From Diadema antillarum (lineage: Eukaryota), in contig NW_027271205.1 of NCBI RefSeq assembly GCF_040938485.1, forward strand, positions 124,001 to 188,000: a stretch of DNA of 64,000 nt, read 5' to 3'. The translations under genes and the position numbers were made by a program. A model generated the notes under the pieces. It saw only the letters and a list, made by a program, of their open reading frames with translations, did no database searches and was not told the DNA's origin. Positions 34,128 to 47,304 of the stretch are shown here, one piece after another (the first letter of the stretch is position 1; each line of letters starts with the position of its first letter).

Positions 34128-35358
34128 CTGTAGGGGTCAAGGAAAGGTCAGGAAATTATGACCGTGTCTGGTCAAGCGCTCAGCTCTCATTTACTGTACT
34201 AGCACTAGCAACTGTTGTTAATAAACTCTTCAGTAATGGCAAAATGTATATTGTTGCATGTACTACTTGCAAATATAATCACAACTTGCAATTTTCACTG
34301 GTTGCAGCTACGATGGTGACACTTTCCTTGTTGCCATGGTAACTGACGATAGATGTCTTTCTATATTGGGATAAGGTTCTTTGTTTCCCTCCCACTAATA
34401 CGTACAGCTGTATGCCTCACTGCTGAAGCAAATTGACTAGTACAGCCCACGGAGGTCTGCATTTGCAAAAAATAACCTCGTGACGCCCAAAAGCCACTAA
34501 CAACAACAAAAAAAGCATAACACTAGCGGGCAGGGGTCTGAGTTGTCTATTAATTCTCATTTTCAGGGTAGCCTTTGATTACTTCTTCAGTGTACTGTGC
34601 TTACGACTGGAGTTTTCTCACAGGCAGACTTACAAATCACCTTCGTAACCAACAACAACAAAAATATTTGCCTCTTCACAGAGAAGAATGGGTGCCCTAA
34701 AACATACAAACAAAGTGGCGTTGATTGATCCCGGTGGATCATATTGGGCCACACATGATGTGATGTTTGGTATTTGCTCTCATGTGAGTAATTAAGGGTT
34801 ACTCACGATACATTGAATGCCTGAACTCATACACACACACTTACACATACTTCTCATGAAAAAAACAGCTGTAAAAGGCAAGCTCTTTATTAAAATCAGA
34901 TTAATAACACTATGGGTACATCTATGACTTTTTAGCACAAAGAAAGCTGCTGCCTTTCAAGACATAGGGTTCTTCTGTACATGCCATATATTTTGCGAGC
35001 TATCCATGAAATCCAAGAAGCAAAATTATTAACACTGATCTGGACAAGAACGTGACGTGCACACATACATTTCCCCATTCATTTCTGTACTCCACAATCA
35101 CAAATTTAAGAACTCCTATAACTGTCAGGAAGTTCTGATTCATGAAAAATTAGATCCATTAAAAATATGGCCCATACGGTATTTAGCCCTTAAATTAAAC
35201 TTACAGTCTAGGCCAATCTGACTATGTTGACATAATTTGCATTGAAACCACAAACTAACATGTCATTTTATGAAGACACTGTCATAAACCTTGAATAAAA
35301 ACTGATAGTCGTACAATATGGCATTTGCCCCACCGTTGTCCCCATGGAGATACTTTAC

Positions 35359-35441
35359 CTTGCATTGGCAATGAGTATGACCTTTCCTGTTAACCTCTGA
35401 CCCTTTGTGACATATATGGGTGACCTCAGCAGACACCGTAC
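35359..35441 (-). CDS. CARM1: CARM1 exon: VRCLLRSPIYVTKGQRLTGKVILIANA(R)
   Basis: ctttgcAG acceptor and GTAAAG donor, 83 nt, phase 0 to 2. Homologous to [28 protein letters not shown]; not called by the ORF track (different frame). Confidence 0.95.
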
Positions 35442-36223
35442 CTGCAAAGTCAGTCACAAAAATCATGGGTTTAAAATCAAGGTACATACATTGATAAAAA
35501 AGGTCATGCAAAGAATGCAACAATTAATCTACACCTTACATCCAACACATACATGGTAGTTATCCATCAATTACATATAAAAAGAAATGTATGTAAATGT
35601 CGATAATTACATCTGGGTCTTTTTTTTAGTTTTGATTTCCGTAGTGGCAATATTCCTTGATGACATGACGAGCACTACATCAAACTGACTTCAGAAAGAG
35701 GTCTCAGTTCTCCTTCATGCATAGTAACAGTGCACAGTACCTCAGTTTGAAAAAGAAAACATGTTGTGAAATTAAGCAGCCACTTTGACAATCAATGGAA
35801 AGTATATGAATTTTCTGGCAGCTCAAAGGGACTTGCACATGTACAGTGAGAGAAAATGTACCCGTAAAGACATGCCTGGAATGGTTTAGAAGAATCAGTA
35901 AGTACGATGACAGAAATTCCCACTCTCATCATATGTTGTATTAGTCCCTAGTCAAAGCAACTCATAGCATTGAATATGTGGTACTCTACAATGCATGCCG
36001 CGACGCAACCTATATACATTTCTGACTAATATGCTTCAAATATATAAGTACATGAGCTCACTGGAGTAGCAGATGAACGCTTACGAGGTACTCTACAATC
36101 TATGTGTGCTTAAATGAAGGTCCCGTGAGTTAGAGTCATGACTTAAGCACGTAGAAGATCCTATTTCATTCATTCATCACAAAGAGCAGGGTGCTATGCC
36201 AGTGAAGTGGTCCAACTACATAC

Positions 36224-37378
36224 NNNNNNNNNNNNNNNNNNNNNNNNNNNNNNNNNNNNNNNNNNNNNNNNNNNNNNNNNNNNNNNNNNNNNNNNNNNNN
36301 NNNNNNNNNNNNNNNNNNNNNNNNNNNNNNNNNNNNNNNNNNNNNNNNNNNNNNNNNNNNNNNNNNNNNNNNNNNNNNNNNNNNNNNNNNNNNNNNNNNN
36401 NNNNNNNNNNNNNNNNNNNNNNNNNNNNNNNNNNNNNNNNNNNNNNNNNNNNNNNNNNNNNNNNNNNNNNNNNNNNNNNNNNNNNNNNNNNNNNNNNNNN
36501 NNNNNNNNNNNNNNNNNNNNNNNNNNNNNNNNNNNNNNNNNNNNNNNNNNNNNNNNNNNNNNNNNNNNNNNNNNNNNNNNNNNNNNNNNNNNNNNNNNNN
36601 NNNNNNNNNNNNNNNNNNNNNNNNNNNNNNNNNNNNNNNNNNNNNNNNNNNNNNNNNNNNNNNNNNNNNNNNNNNNNNNNNNNNNNNNNNNNNNNNNNNN
36701 NNNNNNNNNNNNNNNNNNNNNNNNNNNNNNNNNNNNNNNNNNNNNNNNNNNNNNNNNNNNNNNNNNNNNNNNNNNNNNNNNNNNNNNNNNNNNNNNNNNN
36801 NNNNNNNNNNNNNNNNNNNNNNNNNNNNNNNNNNNNNNNNNNNNNNNNNNNNNNNNNNNNNNNNNNNNNNNNNNNNNNNNNNNNNNNNNNNNNNNNNNNN
36901 NNNNNNNNNNNNNNNNNNNNNNNNNNNNNNNNNNNNNNNNNNNNNNNNNNNNNNNNNNNNNNNNNNNNNNNNNNNNNNNNNNNNNNNNNNNNNNNNNNNN
37001 NNNNNNNNNNNNNNNNAAGAGGAGGNNNNNNNNNNNNNNNNNNNNNNNNNNNNNNNNNNNNNNNNNNNNNNNNNNNNNNNNNNNNNNNNNNNNNNNNNNN
37101 NNNNNNNNNNNNNNNNNNNNNNNNNNNNNNNNNNNNNNNNNNNNNNNNNNNNNNNNNNNNNNNNNNNNNNNNNNNNNNNNNNNNNNNNNNNNNNNNNNNN
37201 NNNNNNNNNNNNNNNNNNNNNNNNNNNNNNNNNNNNNNNNNNNNNNNNNNNNNNNNNNNNNNNNNNNNNNNNNNNNNNNNNNNNNNNNNNNNNNNNNNNN
37301 NNNNNNNNNNNNNNNNNNNNNNNNNNNNNNNNNNNNNNNNNNNNNNNNNNNNNNNNNNNNNNNNNNNNNNNNNNNNNN
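36224..37378. other. Assembly gap (N-run) with a 9-nt called island AAGAGGAGG at 37017-37025
   Basis: Direct reading. It lies in the CARM1 intron between THWYQ and VRCL; both flanking exons join in frame, so no coding exon needs to be missing. Confidence 0.98.
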
Positions 37379-37396
37379 AGGAGTGTGTGTGCTTAC

Positions 37397-37451
37397 CTGA
37401 TACCAGTGTGTAAGAGGTTCAGTGGGTGCTGTAGAGAGCCATACAGATTGT
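37397..37451 (-). CDS. CARM1: CARM1 exon: (L)QSVWLSTAPTEPLTHWYQ (THW loop)
   Basis: cctgcAG acceptor and GTAAGC donor, 55 nt; WLSTAPTEPLTHWYQ matches the remembered vertebrate sequence. Confidence 0.97.
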
Positions 37452-38160
37452 CTGCAGGAGTGAAGACAGACACACAATGCCATGAATAAATGAAGAGTTT
37501 GAATACTAAAACTGATAAACAGTATTTCTATTTTTTTTACAGCAAGGTCATCATCAAGCAGAGAAAAATAAAATCTTCTCAGCGATAATGCACACATTTC
37601 ATAAGAAGACATATTTTTGAAGATATTATTAGAATTATCACATACTTCTTATTTTTTTTTTTTTTTTTTTTAGCAGACTGAATATAAAATATCTCAAATT
37701 GCTAAAACCAATATCTCTGTTTTTGCACTCAAACTCTCCAAATGCAGGTATATGTGAACATTTATGTTTTATCTCTGACCTCTCTTATCTCACAAGCAGA
37801 TTTCATCTCAGCAACCAAAATGTACAGACAATTGGGAACTACGAGAATGCCGCTTAGAATATTAGCATGCTTGAATATAAAGTTTTCACACATTCTGAGT
37901 ATTTGGGTGAGTAAAATTGAAATGAAACCATAACACTCTTTCTGAAGACAATGTAAATTAAAAAGGACTTATAAGGGAAGAGCTATGTACAGGAAATTTT
38001 CATCTACAAAAAGTGTATCAGTTTTTAAAATGTTAAAGTTTGGTCTTGAGACACATCTGCTTTCAAGGCATCACTCTAGAAATGCAAAAGATTTAAAAGA
38101 AACAGGAGATTGAATAAAAGTGAAATCTCATCGCCTGCCCCCATCCTCCAAGGTACTCAC

Positions 38161-38336
38161 AATGACCCGTGGAAGGCAACATCGAACCAGAAGGCCAGAC
38201 CGTGCACCGCTCCAGACTGATGCGTCTTGAATTGTAAGGGAATCTCGATCCGGTGAAGGTCACTTTCACTGACGGTCAAGAAGTCCACTGTGTACTTGAA
38301 GGACCTCGCCAGGCAGATCTTGATATCAAAGGTATC
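38161..38336 (-). CDS. CARM1: CARM1 exon: [58 protein letters not shown](L)
   Basis: tgtgtAG acceptor and GTGAGT donor, 176 nt; [12 protein letters not shown] motif. Confidence 0.97.
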
Positions 38337-39505
38337 CTACACAGAGAAAAGGAACAAGATGAATACAGCATGGACATTCACAATCCCTTTTTTCACATAG
38401 TAGCTATGATTTTACCCCACTTCCCAACTTCAGAGGTTTTAATTTTTGGCATGGTGAGAGCAAAAAAGGAAAATGGGCTAGATTTCTCTGTGCACTGACA
38501 AAATTTGGTGCAACCTAGATGGCATGAACAACATACAGTCAAATCTATCCTAGCGGCCATCTGCCTTATGCGATCACAAGATAACCCCCTCCCCACGGAG
38601 AAAATTGCTTGTTAGAGTTCCTGCTCATGGTAAGCACTTGACGAACGCTGCCATCATCACAGAATTTCGGTGAAAAATGGCCGCCAATATGTCTGTAAAG
38701 GCCAATTTTTCTGCTTCCCCAGAGTGGCTGCTACAGACAGGTTTGCTTGCATGTATTCACGGTAGATTGACAAGCATATCATACAGACCTTATCAATGAC
38801 TCTTGTTATGCCTGACAAATACCCTTTCAAATGCACTGTCTAGCAGTGTGTCCACTTTGAGAAATCCAAGTTGCATGGTTCTACATGCTGTCAAAGAGAG
38901 TCTCTGATATTGTGTAAATATGAGGCTATAGAAATGGAGGCTGATATTATCAGTAAATGCTTCTAACATGTGAAAATCGGTGTGAAACCAAATTTACCAA
39001 AGTCACTATTTCCATAGACAATAAATGATAAGACTTTCAATTAAATAACAGTTTATTAGCTTGGTGATATTTGATAATAATTCTCTTGATAGTGACGTCA
39101 AAACTTAGCATGCTGGAGTATTTTTCATGCATTTGAACATCATCATATAGCTCAGTCACCAAAGTTCAACAATTTCTCATTTTGAACCATCACTATGTTA
39201 AAAGGGCGTTTTTTAATTTTTGTGGTATCAAAAGTTGTGAAAAAAAATATCATGACATAATTCTTTAAACATATCCTATAACCTATGATTTCCCATTTTT
39301 TTCTAGCTGCTGCCTAGCTCAGTTGACTTCAGGGTGACTAGAAATTGTAAACAAAAAAAGAAAAAAGAAATGAGCACTTCTTCACATATTGCCATATCTA
39401 ATATATGAATTCTTTTTCAAAGTAGGAACATAGAGACTGTTCCTACTTTGCAGAAATATTGAGTGGATATCTTGGAGTGAAGCTGGACAGTGCTACATTT
39501 CTCAC

Positions 39506-39587
39506 CACAATGGGTTGCCTGAGGAATTCTTGCAGTGCTGTCTCTCTTAGGCACGTGAGGTCCACACCATGAAATGACTGCTGGTAC
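39506..39587 (-). CDS. CARM1: CARM1 exon: (W)YQQSFHGVDLTCLRETALQEFLRQPIV (dimerisation arm)
   Basis: ctcttcAG acceptor and GTGAGA donor, 82 nt, phase 2 to 0; FHGVDL...RQP. Confidence 0.96.
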
Positions 39588-40185
39588 CTGAAGAGACAAA
39601 CAGACAGGAACACCACACACTTTCAAACTGAATGTCCAACTCAGTTGAACAAACAAGGCAAGGGGTATTTTGGATGTGAACATTCCACTCAAGGAACATG
39701 ACAATCTTCTGTAATAATTTCTATACTACATGGCCATCAAAGTCACAGCAAAACTGCACAACATCCAGTGTTTTCAAGTACAACGTTGATATCACCCACA
39801 TCATACAATATCTGCTAACCCTAGAATTCAGCAAAATAAAGTAGGAATAACTGGGAGAAAATAATGCAAAAATAGGAATTTTCACCCTTCCCCCATACAA
39901 TGTACATCACTGTATGCAGGTGTTGACAAAAATAGGAACACATGGTTCGATGAAGCTTATTTTTTCCTAAGAAACAGGAATATTTCTATTAAATGAGAAC
40001 AGTTGGCAGGTATGTGCTGCACTATAAAGATACTTCTCTCACAATGTCAATAAAGCATGGTAAAACACAAGTGTCTCGCTTATTGCAACTGTCACATTTT
40101 ATCACGACTAAGAGTTGAAGGAAGTAAACAGAAATGCAGTGAAAAGGCTTGGTGTAGACTAAGGCAGTCATTGAATATCACAATA

Positions 40186-41111
40186 CAGTTAAACTCGCAT
40201 AAGTCGATCTTCTCGGGACTGAGCAAAACACATCGACTTAGGCGAGTTTCGACTTGTGCGTAAGTCGAAAAAATCGACTTAACAACAGTCACACCACATG
40301 TACATTCGTACATGTATGTTGTCTACTCTGGAGCCGAGAGTTGGAGAGGTGTGCCGCAGCACGGGTTGCCCGGCAGGGCCGCGGCTAACTTTGCATGGAC
40401 AGTGCATTAGCATTGGCACAGGTCCGATTACTTTACACCCTTGTTAAACCTTGGGGAAGTGAATATGAACGATATTTGAGCAGTGATTGATTCCAGTTTA
40501 CCATACCGTGGCTTGAAATGCGTGTAGAGGTGTACTTCTGATTTACCCGTGCCCGTAACTTTCCCCCTACTTTCCGCTTTGAAAACTCAGCAGCTTCATC
40601 CATCCACTGCACAGCGCAGACTGCAAACATACACAGACTATACACAGCCCAGTCGCTGTACGCACAACTATATGCACACTTTGGCACAGCCCAGTCGCTG
40701 TACGTACGTACGTAGCGCTAGCGCGACAGGGCTGTACCAGCGGACCTCCAAACACGAAGAGAGTTCAACAATCGCATGCGATCGCTTTGAATTTTGATAC
40801 TGTAGATCATTTTTTTTGTCACCTGTCTGGTTGGGATAGTTCTTATGTAAACAAAAACTGGCGTCTCCTGATTTTGACAGTGATTTATTGCACAATAAAA
40901 TCTTATTCGACTTAGGCACAGTGAATTTAATGGTTTTTCCGTGAAAGTGTTCTTGGAATTTCATCGACTTAGGCGAGTATTCGACTTATAAAATTCGACT
41001 TGTGAGTGAATTATTACACGTAAGTCAATGGGGAAAAATCGGGACTTTTTAAAATCATCGACTTGCGCGATTATTCGACATATGCGATGTCGACTTAGGC
41101 GAGTTTAACTG
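40186..41111. mobile_element. Tc1/pogo-type non-autonomous element
   Basis: TA TSD; TIR CAGTTAAACTCGC(A/C)TAAGTCGA / TCGACTTAGGCGAGTTTAACTG; many subterminal TCGACTT/AAGTCGA repeats. Confidence 0.85.
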
Positions 41112-41610
41112 TATATCATGTTGTGTGTGGCAAAACAAAGACCAGTGAAATTCGAAAACTGTACAAGCATATCCATATCAACTCTGGGTACCCTCATTGG
41201 TCTGATATTACAGTTTTTCATATCCTCCTTTCGGGAGTTTTATTTCAATTTCCATCGGAGTTGGAAAAGTCTTTACAATCAAAAGATTAATTTCCTCGAA
41301 AGTGAGAAAGGAAGTAACAACATGATAGCAACCCTCTGATTTGTATTCCTGGAAGAAAAAATTGTTTTGACATGTAGTCTGCTTCTTCTGTCTGGAACTC
41401 CTTGCCTGTGAAACTTGAGAATGGAGACCATATTCCCTCTTTTCAAGAAAGAACTTCAAACCTCTTTGTTCCAGTCACTCTCGTGTGTTTCTTTCAACCA
41501 TGGCTCTTTCCAAAGGAGGAAATGAACAAAAGAGATCTCACCTTTCTGCTCCAGGAGTGTCACTGTGTGACGGACATGGCGCATTAAAAGACTCCATCAT
41601 TATAATTATC

Positions 41611-41759
41611 NNNNNNNNNNNNNNNNNNNNNNNNNNNNNNNNNNNNNNNNNNNNNNNNNNNNNNNNNNNNNNNNNNNNNNNNNNNNNNNNNNNNNNNNNN
41701 NNNNNNNNNNNNNNNNNNNNNNNNNNNNNNNNNNNNNNNNNNNNNNNNNNNNNNNNNNN
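41611..41759. other. Assembly gap (N-run) in a CARM1 intron
   Basis: Direct reading; the flanks are (ATC/ATT)-like, so probably a microsatellite. Confidence 0.97.
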
Positions 41760-41838
41760 AATGGTCATTTGTGAGCTGATAATGAGGGAGAAATATTCCT
41801 GGCTGAATTACATTGCTGCTCTCCACAAGATAATACAA

Positions 41839-42340
41839 AACTAGGAGCACTCAGAGAGCACAAACCTTTGCTGAGGCCATAGAGTCGCTAGCACTACCAC
41901 CAGAAAACTGAGTGCGCATCCTTTCAAAATACATCCGGTAATGGGGTTTATGATTCAGATCACAACCAAAAGCTAATCAGCTTCTTTTTACCTCAATGAA
42001 CCTATCCTGAAAATTTCACAGAAATCCTGTCATAACTTTTTGAGTAATATCGAAACAGACAAACACATAAACAAACAAAGAAACTAGAAGTACTAGGAAA
42101 AAGCAAACCTCTGCCAAGATCAGAGTCATTGACCCTATACGACTGCGAATGCATCCTTTAGTAAAATCCTGGTTCGGTATCATAATTTGGATCACCACCA
42201 AAAACTAACCACTTCTTACTTTTATCCCAAAAGACTTATCCTGATATTTTTTTCGAAACCCGTTCTCAACTTTTCAAGTTATATTATTGACAGAAACAAA
42301 AGAAAGAATAAAAAAAAGATATCCTCCTTGGCAGATTTTT
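41839..42340 (-). mobile_element. Two adjacent degraded HINE-like elements in reverse orientation (~41839-42081 and ~42082-42340)
   Basis: Each begins on the + strand with AACTAG (a CTAGTT 3' end on -) and has an (AAAC/AGAC)n-like microsatellite near the other end. The second has the subTIR pair CTGCCAAG / CTTGGCAG. Confidence 0.5.
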
Positions 42341-42551
42341 AGTGTCTCCTACCTCCTTGGCATGGCAGGGTCATGAGTCAGTATCACGGTACTCATCAAT
42401 ATCAAAGTATCATACAACTGACAACTTTTGTTTGTTGAATTTGCCCAATTTTGGTTGGCTGGGCATTTTAAGGCATTCAGTATCTGGTTTGAATACCAAA
42501 CTGTCTTACAGTGTGGTCACAGATTTGAATAAAAAAACCACCTCCCCTTAC

Positions 42552-42642
42552 CAGAAGTTGGCTTTCGTGAACTGTTCCATGTAGAGAGCATCGTCACTGA
42601 AAGGTGCTATGTGGACATCACCCTGGGTAGGGAACATCTTGC
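42552..42642 (-). CDS. CARM1: CARM1 exon: (G)[29 protein letters not shown](W)
   Basis: cttgtAG acceptor and GTAAGG donor, 91 nt, phase 1 to 2; conserved [12 protein letters not shown]. Confidence 0.97.
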
Positions 42643-43350
42643 CTACAAGAGACATGAGAAACAGTAAATATCAAAATGCCAGCTTGCAGATTTCTTTGCC
42701 AGAACACTGTTGACATACAATGTATGAGTAACTGCAAGAACTTTGCATGAATGTGACGAATCTCACCCTCAATGTCATGAGAAATTTGCTATCAGTGTAT
42801 AGAGAGCTGTGCACTCATCCATCTATCAAATCAGTTATAATGCTGAATCTTACTCACATCACTAATGGTATTAGTATCTTTAACCATGCTAGAACTGCCA
42901 TGAATATACAAGTCCTTGTTTTGTGAGGAGCTCTACATTCACAAAAAACAACAACAAACAAACAAAATTTGTGGCCAGTTACCAAGGATGAAGTAGTGAA
43001 AGAAGACATCACTGGAAAATAAAGTGTAGAGAATGGCGTAACAGTGTCAGAACAGATAAGCGCCATCCCAAGAAAAAGGAAAAGCTGCCATGACTTGATA
43101 ACGGAAGGACAACAATAAAGACATTGCTTCCCTGATGTGGAGGATAGCGATATCAATATGATCATATTGAATATGATCTTGAAATTTCAGATAGAGATGA
43201 TTACAACAAATCACATTTGGGATTATTGAATTACATGAATGGAGATGTTGATGCCTAGGACCATACCTAGTGATGATAAGGCTGCTGATGCCACAATGAC
43301 AGCTGCATGACGGTTGTATCAGTATCACAATAACAGATGTATCAGTATCA

Positions 43351-43707
<357 letters not shown>

Positions 43708-45533
43708 TTAAGGTTTGAACGAAAGAAGGAGTGACACAGTGAACGTGGCAACTCTGTTCACAGTTCATACAGGCTTACAGTTTGTTGATTATAAAGTGCA
43801 TACTCCACTAAACGTAAAGGGCAGAGTAACATTAGATGAAAATATGCATTGCGGGAGGAAATTTGGAATGCTTTTTCTTGCACATTGGAAGTGCAGTGCA
43901 TTGATACACTGTTTTGAGGTGTCCACTGTAACTCCATCAAATAGAGAGAAAATTGTTAATGGACGTTCAGCTATGAGGGCACAGTGACGTACACCTCCTT
44001 GATGCAAGTCATATGACGTTGTCACGTGATCTGCAACTGCACATTTCAATCTCCAGTCAGTCTGTGAGTTCCCAAATAACTCGACAGCTGGTTGATGCAC
44101 TGGGAAGAAAGCATTTCCACTCCTGTGAGAAAGAGAGAGTATTTACTGTGACAACAAAAATATGAATTCATCTCATTTCTTCTTCTTTTTTTTTTTCAAA
44201 TTTGTGAGAATGCAATATAAATTCTTGGGGCGTAGGCAAGGGAAGAAGACAACATTGCTGGTGTGACCTGCAGAGAGAAGAGATCTGGAATAATGAACAG
44301 ATTCAAAACATTTCCATAGGAAAGCAGCCTTGAACATTTGTTTGATGCATACAGTGATAAAATTAACGTAAAGATAATCCAAAGAATAGTGTTACAGTAT
44401 CAGCTTTGCTGACATTGCACATGCATGCATTCTATTGTAACTCTGCATGTAGAACAAATTTTTGGACAGTTGCAAGTTCTTCAAAAATTAGCAGTCAAGG
44501 GCACAGTCAGTGACCAGCAATGCTCGCGCCAGGCCCCTTGCCTACACAGTACTTACTGACCGGCCACGTTCATCTCAACACCACCGCTTCGCACGGTGAC
44601 AGGCGCTTGTGGCGAGGTGTTTAGGCTAGAGGGGGAAAACACCCAGCGCTGAGGTATTGGAGGGCTAGGTTGAGGTGAATGTTACACAACACATTGATAG
44701 AACTCAGTGAGCAGTAGTAGTGTGTCATCGCTTTATCGCCACGGTGACGTGCTGCACTAACCAATCACAGGATGGGTTTCTCACTCTAAGAGAGAAACCA
44801 AAGAAAGAACAACAAACAAAGAAAACAAGGATTTAGTGTGGATGAATGGACAATGGGGGGAGAGTGCGAGAGAAAAGAAAAACCATTAGCCCAAAGAAGA
44901 TGCAACGGCGTAGGTTGGACGAATCTGAAAAGGAAACGACAGATAAAAAATATCAGTATAAAGAAACAAAACAAATCTGGGTTAGTGTTAGTTACAGAAA
45001 CCATTGCAAATAGAATGCAGGTTGCAAAAGTAGCGACGTAAATATACATCAGCTGCTGCAGAACTTGTCTTAGAGAAAGTCTTTTTTCTTTCCTTCCCCT
45101 TGTTTTTTGCGTGCATATTTTAATATCTCAGAAATGAAGACTTACGAATGTAGTAGCAGTAGCATTGTGCAGACCACTTTGCATGGGAGGTAAGAAATAA
45201 TGAAATCTATGTATGGCTGCATTATATGTTTATGGGCTGCTACATGCACTCAACATCTTCACTTTGTTTCATGGGAAGATGCAGTTTGTAGAATATATAC
45301 CAAACATACTTGCACAGCAAGCCCACATTCTTGTACATGTCCAAATCAAAACACTTGACAGAGTCTGTATTTTCCATTGCCAAGAATCCCTTCAAATCAA
45401 ACTTAAATTATCTTTTTAAATAACTTGTATAATATTCAACAAACTGCAAATCTTTTAAAGAAAGAGATAGGATTAGCATATCTCCCTCTGATAACACTGC
45501 ACTCATATTCTCTCACGCACTGCAATTGAGATC

Positions 45534-45694
45534 GGGGTTCCGTTTCATAAAAAATTGTTATGACAGCAACTCTTGCTAGAATGGCAATTGTCAGGGCAAT
45601 GACAGGAATCCAGCTTCCTGATTGGCTGTTGCTATGGGAAGTTGCTATTCTAGCAAAAAGTTGCCACCCTAACATCTTTTATGAAATGGGGCCC
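45534..45694. mobile_element. Short palindromic Harbinger-like MITE
   Basis: Ends GGGGTTCCGTTTCATAAAA / TTTTATGAAATGGGGCCC; internal inverted repeat TTGCTAGAAT / ATTCTAGCAA; contains GATTGGCTGTTGCTATGG. Confidence 0.65.
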
Positions 45695-46026
45695 TGGTGA
45701 ATTGAATTACCTTTTCTTGATAGTGAGATCCCTAGTATACTATGTTCTGTGACTGTAATCATATGAATACCTAGTAGTGTGCATCTCTGACAATCTGGTG
45801 AGTTATCGCAAAACTCTCTATACTGGATCCCAATGAGCGATTAAACCGATTAGTTGCACATTGTGCACTCATTATTGAATTTCTGTGGGTGAAAGCAGCT
45901 TCCACATCAACAACAACACAAGACACTCGAGGTCAACAAGTGAAACAGCACAAACAATTCCTGGACATACCCATGATGAGGTCAGTTGTGTGTAGAGGTT
46001 ACATGACTAGTCTTGCATTGAGGCTA

Positions 46027-46200
<174 letters not shown>

Positions 46201-47304
46201 TTAAAACCATCAATATCTTACAGTAAGACTAGAACACGAGGGATATCGTATTGGTATAAACATATGTTTCAATACATTGATAACGGCACTGCTTGTGACT
46301 TTTATCACTAACCCCCCCCCCCCCACACACACACACACACATTCATACGTGCAGTGTGATGAAATCACAGACTTACACTGGTTTCCAATCAAGATCCAAA
46401 ATCAAGCAATTAATCCATAAGTTCAACAAAGAGTGCTCATCAGCAATGCACATGTGGGACTTCATGTAAACCAGACATCTTTTGGATAACCTATGGCAGA
46501 TGGCATAGGTTATCCAAAAGATTTTTTTTACCAACTTCTTAGTATGGGGAAACCTTGCAATGAAACAAATGTCCCAAGGGCAAAATGTTAAAATTGCACA
46601 AGTAAGGTGTTTCTTTAAAATGTGCGTGCCTTGACCTGCACTTTGTACCCCCCCCCCCCCAATCCCTCAACAACAACAAAAAAGAAAAAAAAAAGAAGAA
46701 AATTTGCAAATTAGGATGTGTTCTCCCTTGGCACCCTTCAAGCTCATTTCTGCTTTTTACAAGCAGACTTGGAGACATCTGCGAACTCGAGTGCCTGTGT
46801 CCTACGTACCACTAGCCATAAGGACTTTGAGCCAAAGCCACAGAAAAAAATGTCTAGGAAAGATGAAAAATGGAATTCTGCACACAGTCTCTAAAAGCGA
46901 GCCTTATATCTGCAACATAAATGCTATGGACGATGCTATTAGGCTAAAAATGGTGTTTTGGACATGCGCTAGGCAGCCGTTTTTATTGTTCAACCTGGGA
47001 GGCTGCATCGTCTTGCTGTTAGCATTGCAGATTTAAAGCTCACTAATAACATCTCACTGAAGTAAAAACTATTACATGGACTCCTTGAGCTACAACTATA
47101 AATGTGCATTATTGTCATCGTATGTGCATTATCTTCATCATCATCATTACCATCACCATCATCACTGCAATCATCATCATCATTGTTATCACTGTTATCA
47201 ATATCATCTATTTATCAATTCATCAATCTATTCAGTAATTCTGTTTTGACGAATTTCAAACGTAAGTGTCAAAATGGAACAATAGTATATCAGTGACAGT
47301 TCTA

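Noticed and set aside
34807-34820. Possible 14-nt CARM1 microexon (ttcAG…GTGAGT)
   Set aside because: Not a multiple of 3, and the flanking exons already join in frame and match orthologs.
36194-37612. Long ORFs of 397-472 aa in the ORF track
   Set aside because: Artefacts of translating through N-runs; only the 55-nt CARM1 exon within them is real.
46483-46514. Perfect small hairpin GGATAACCTATG-gcagatgg-CATAGGTTATCC
   Set aside because: Too short for a miRNA precursor; probably a collapsed MITE remnant.
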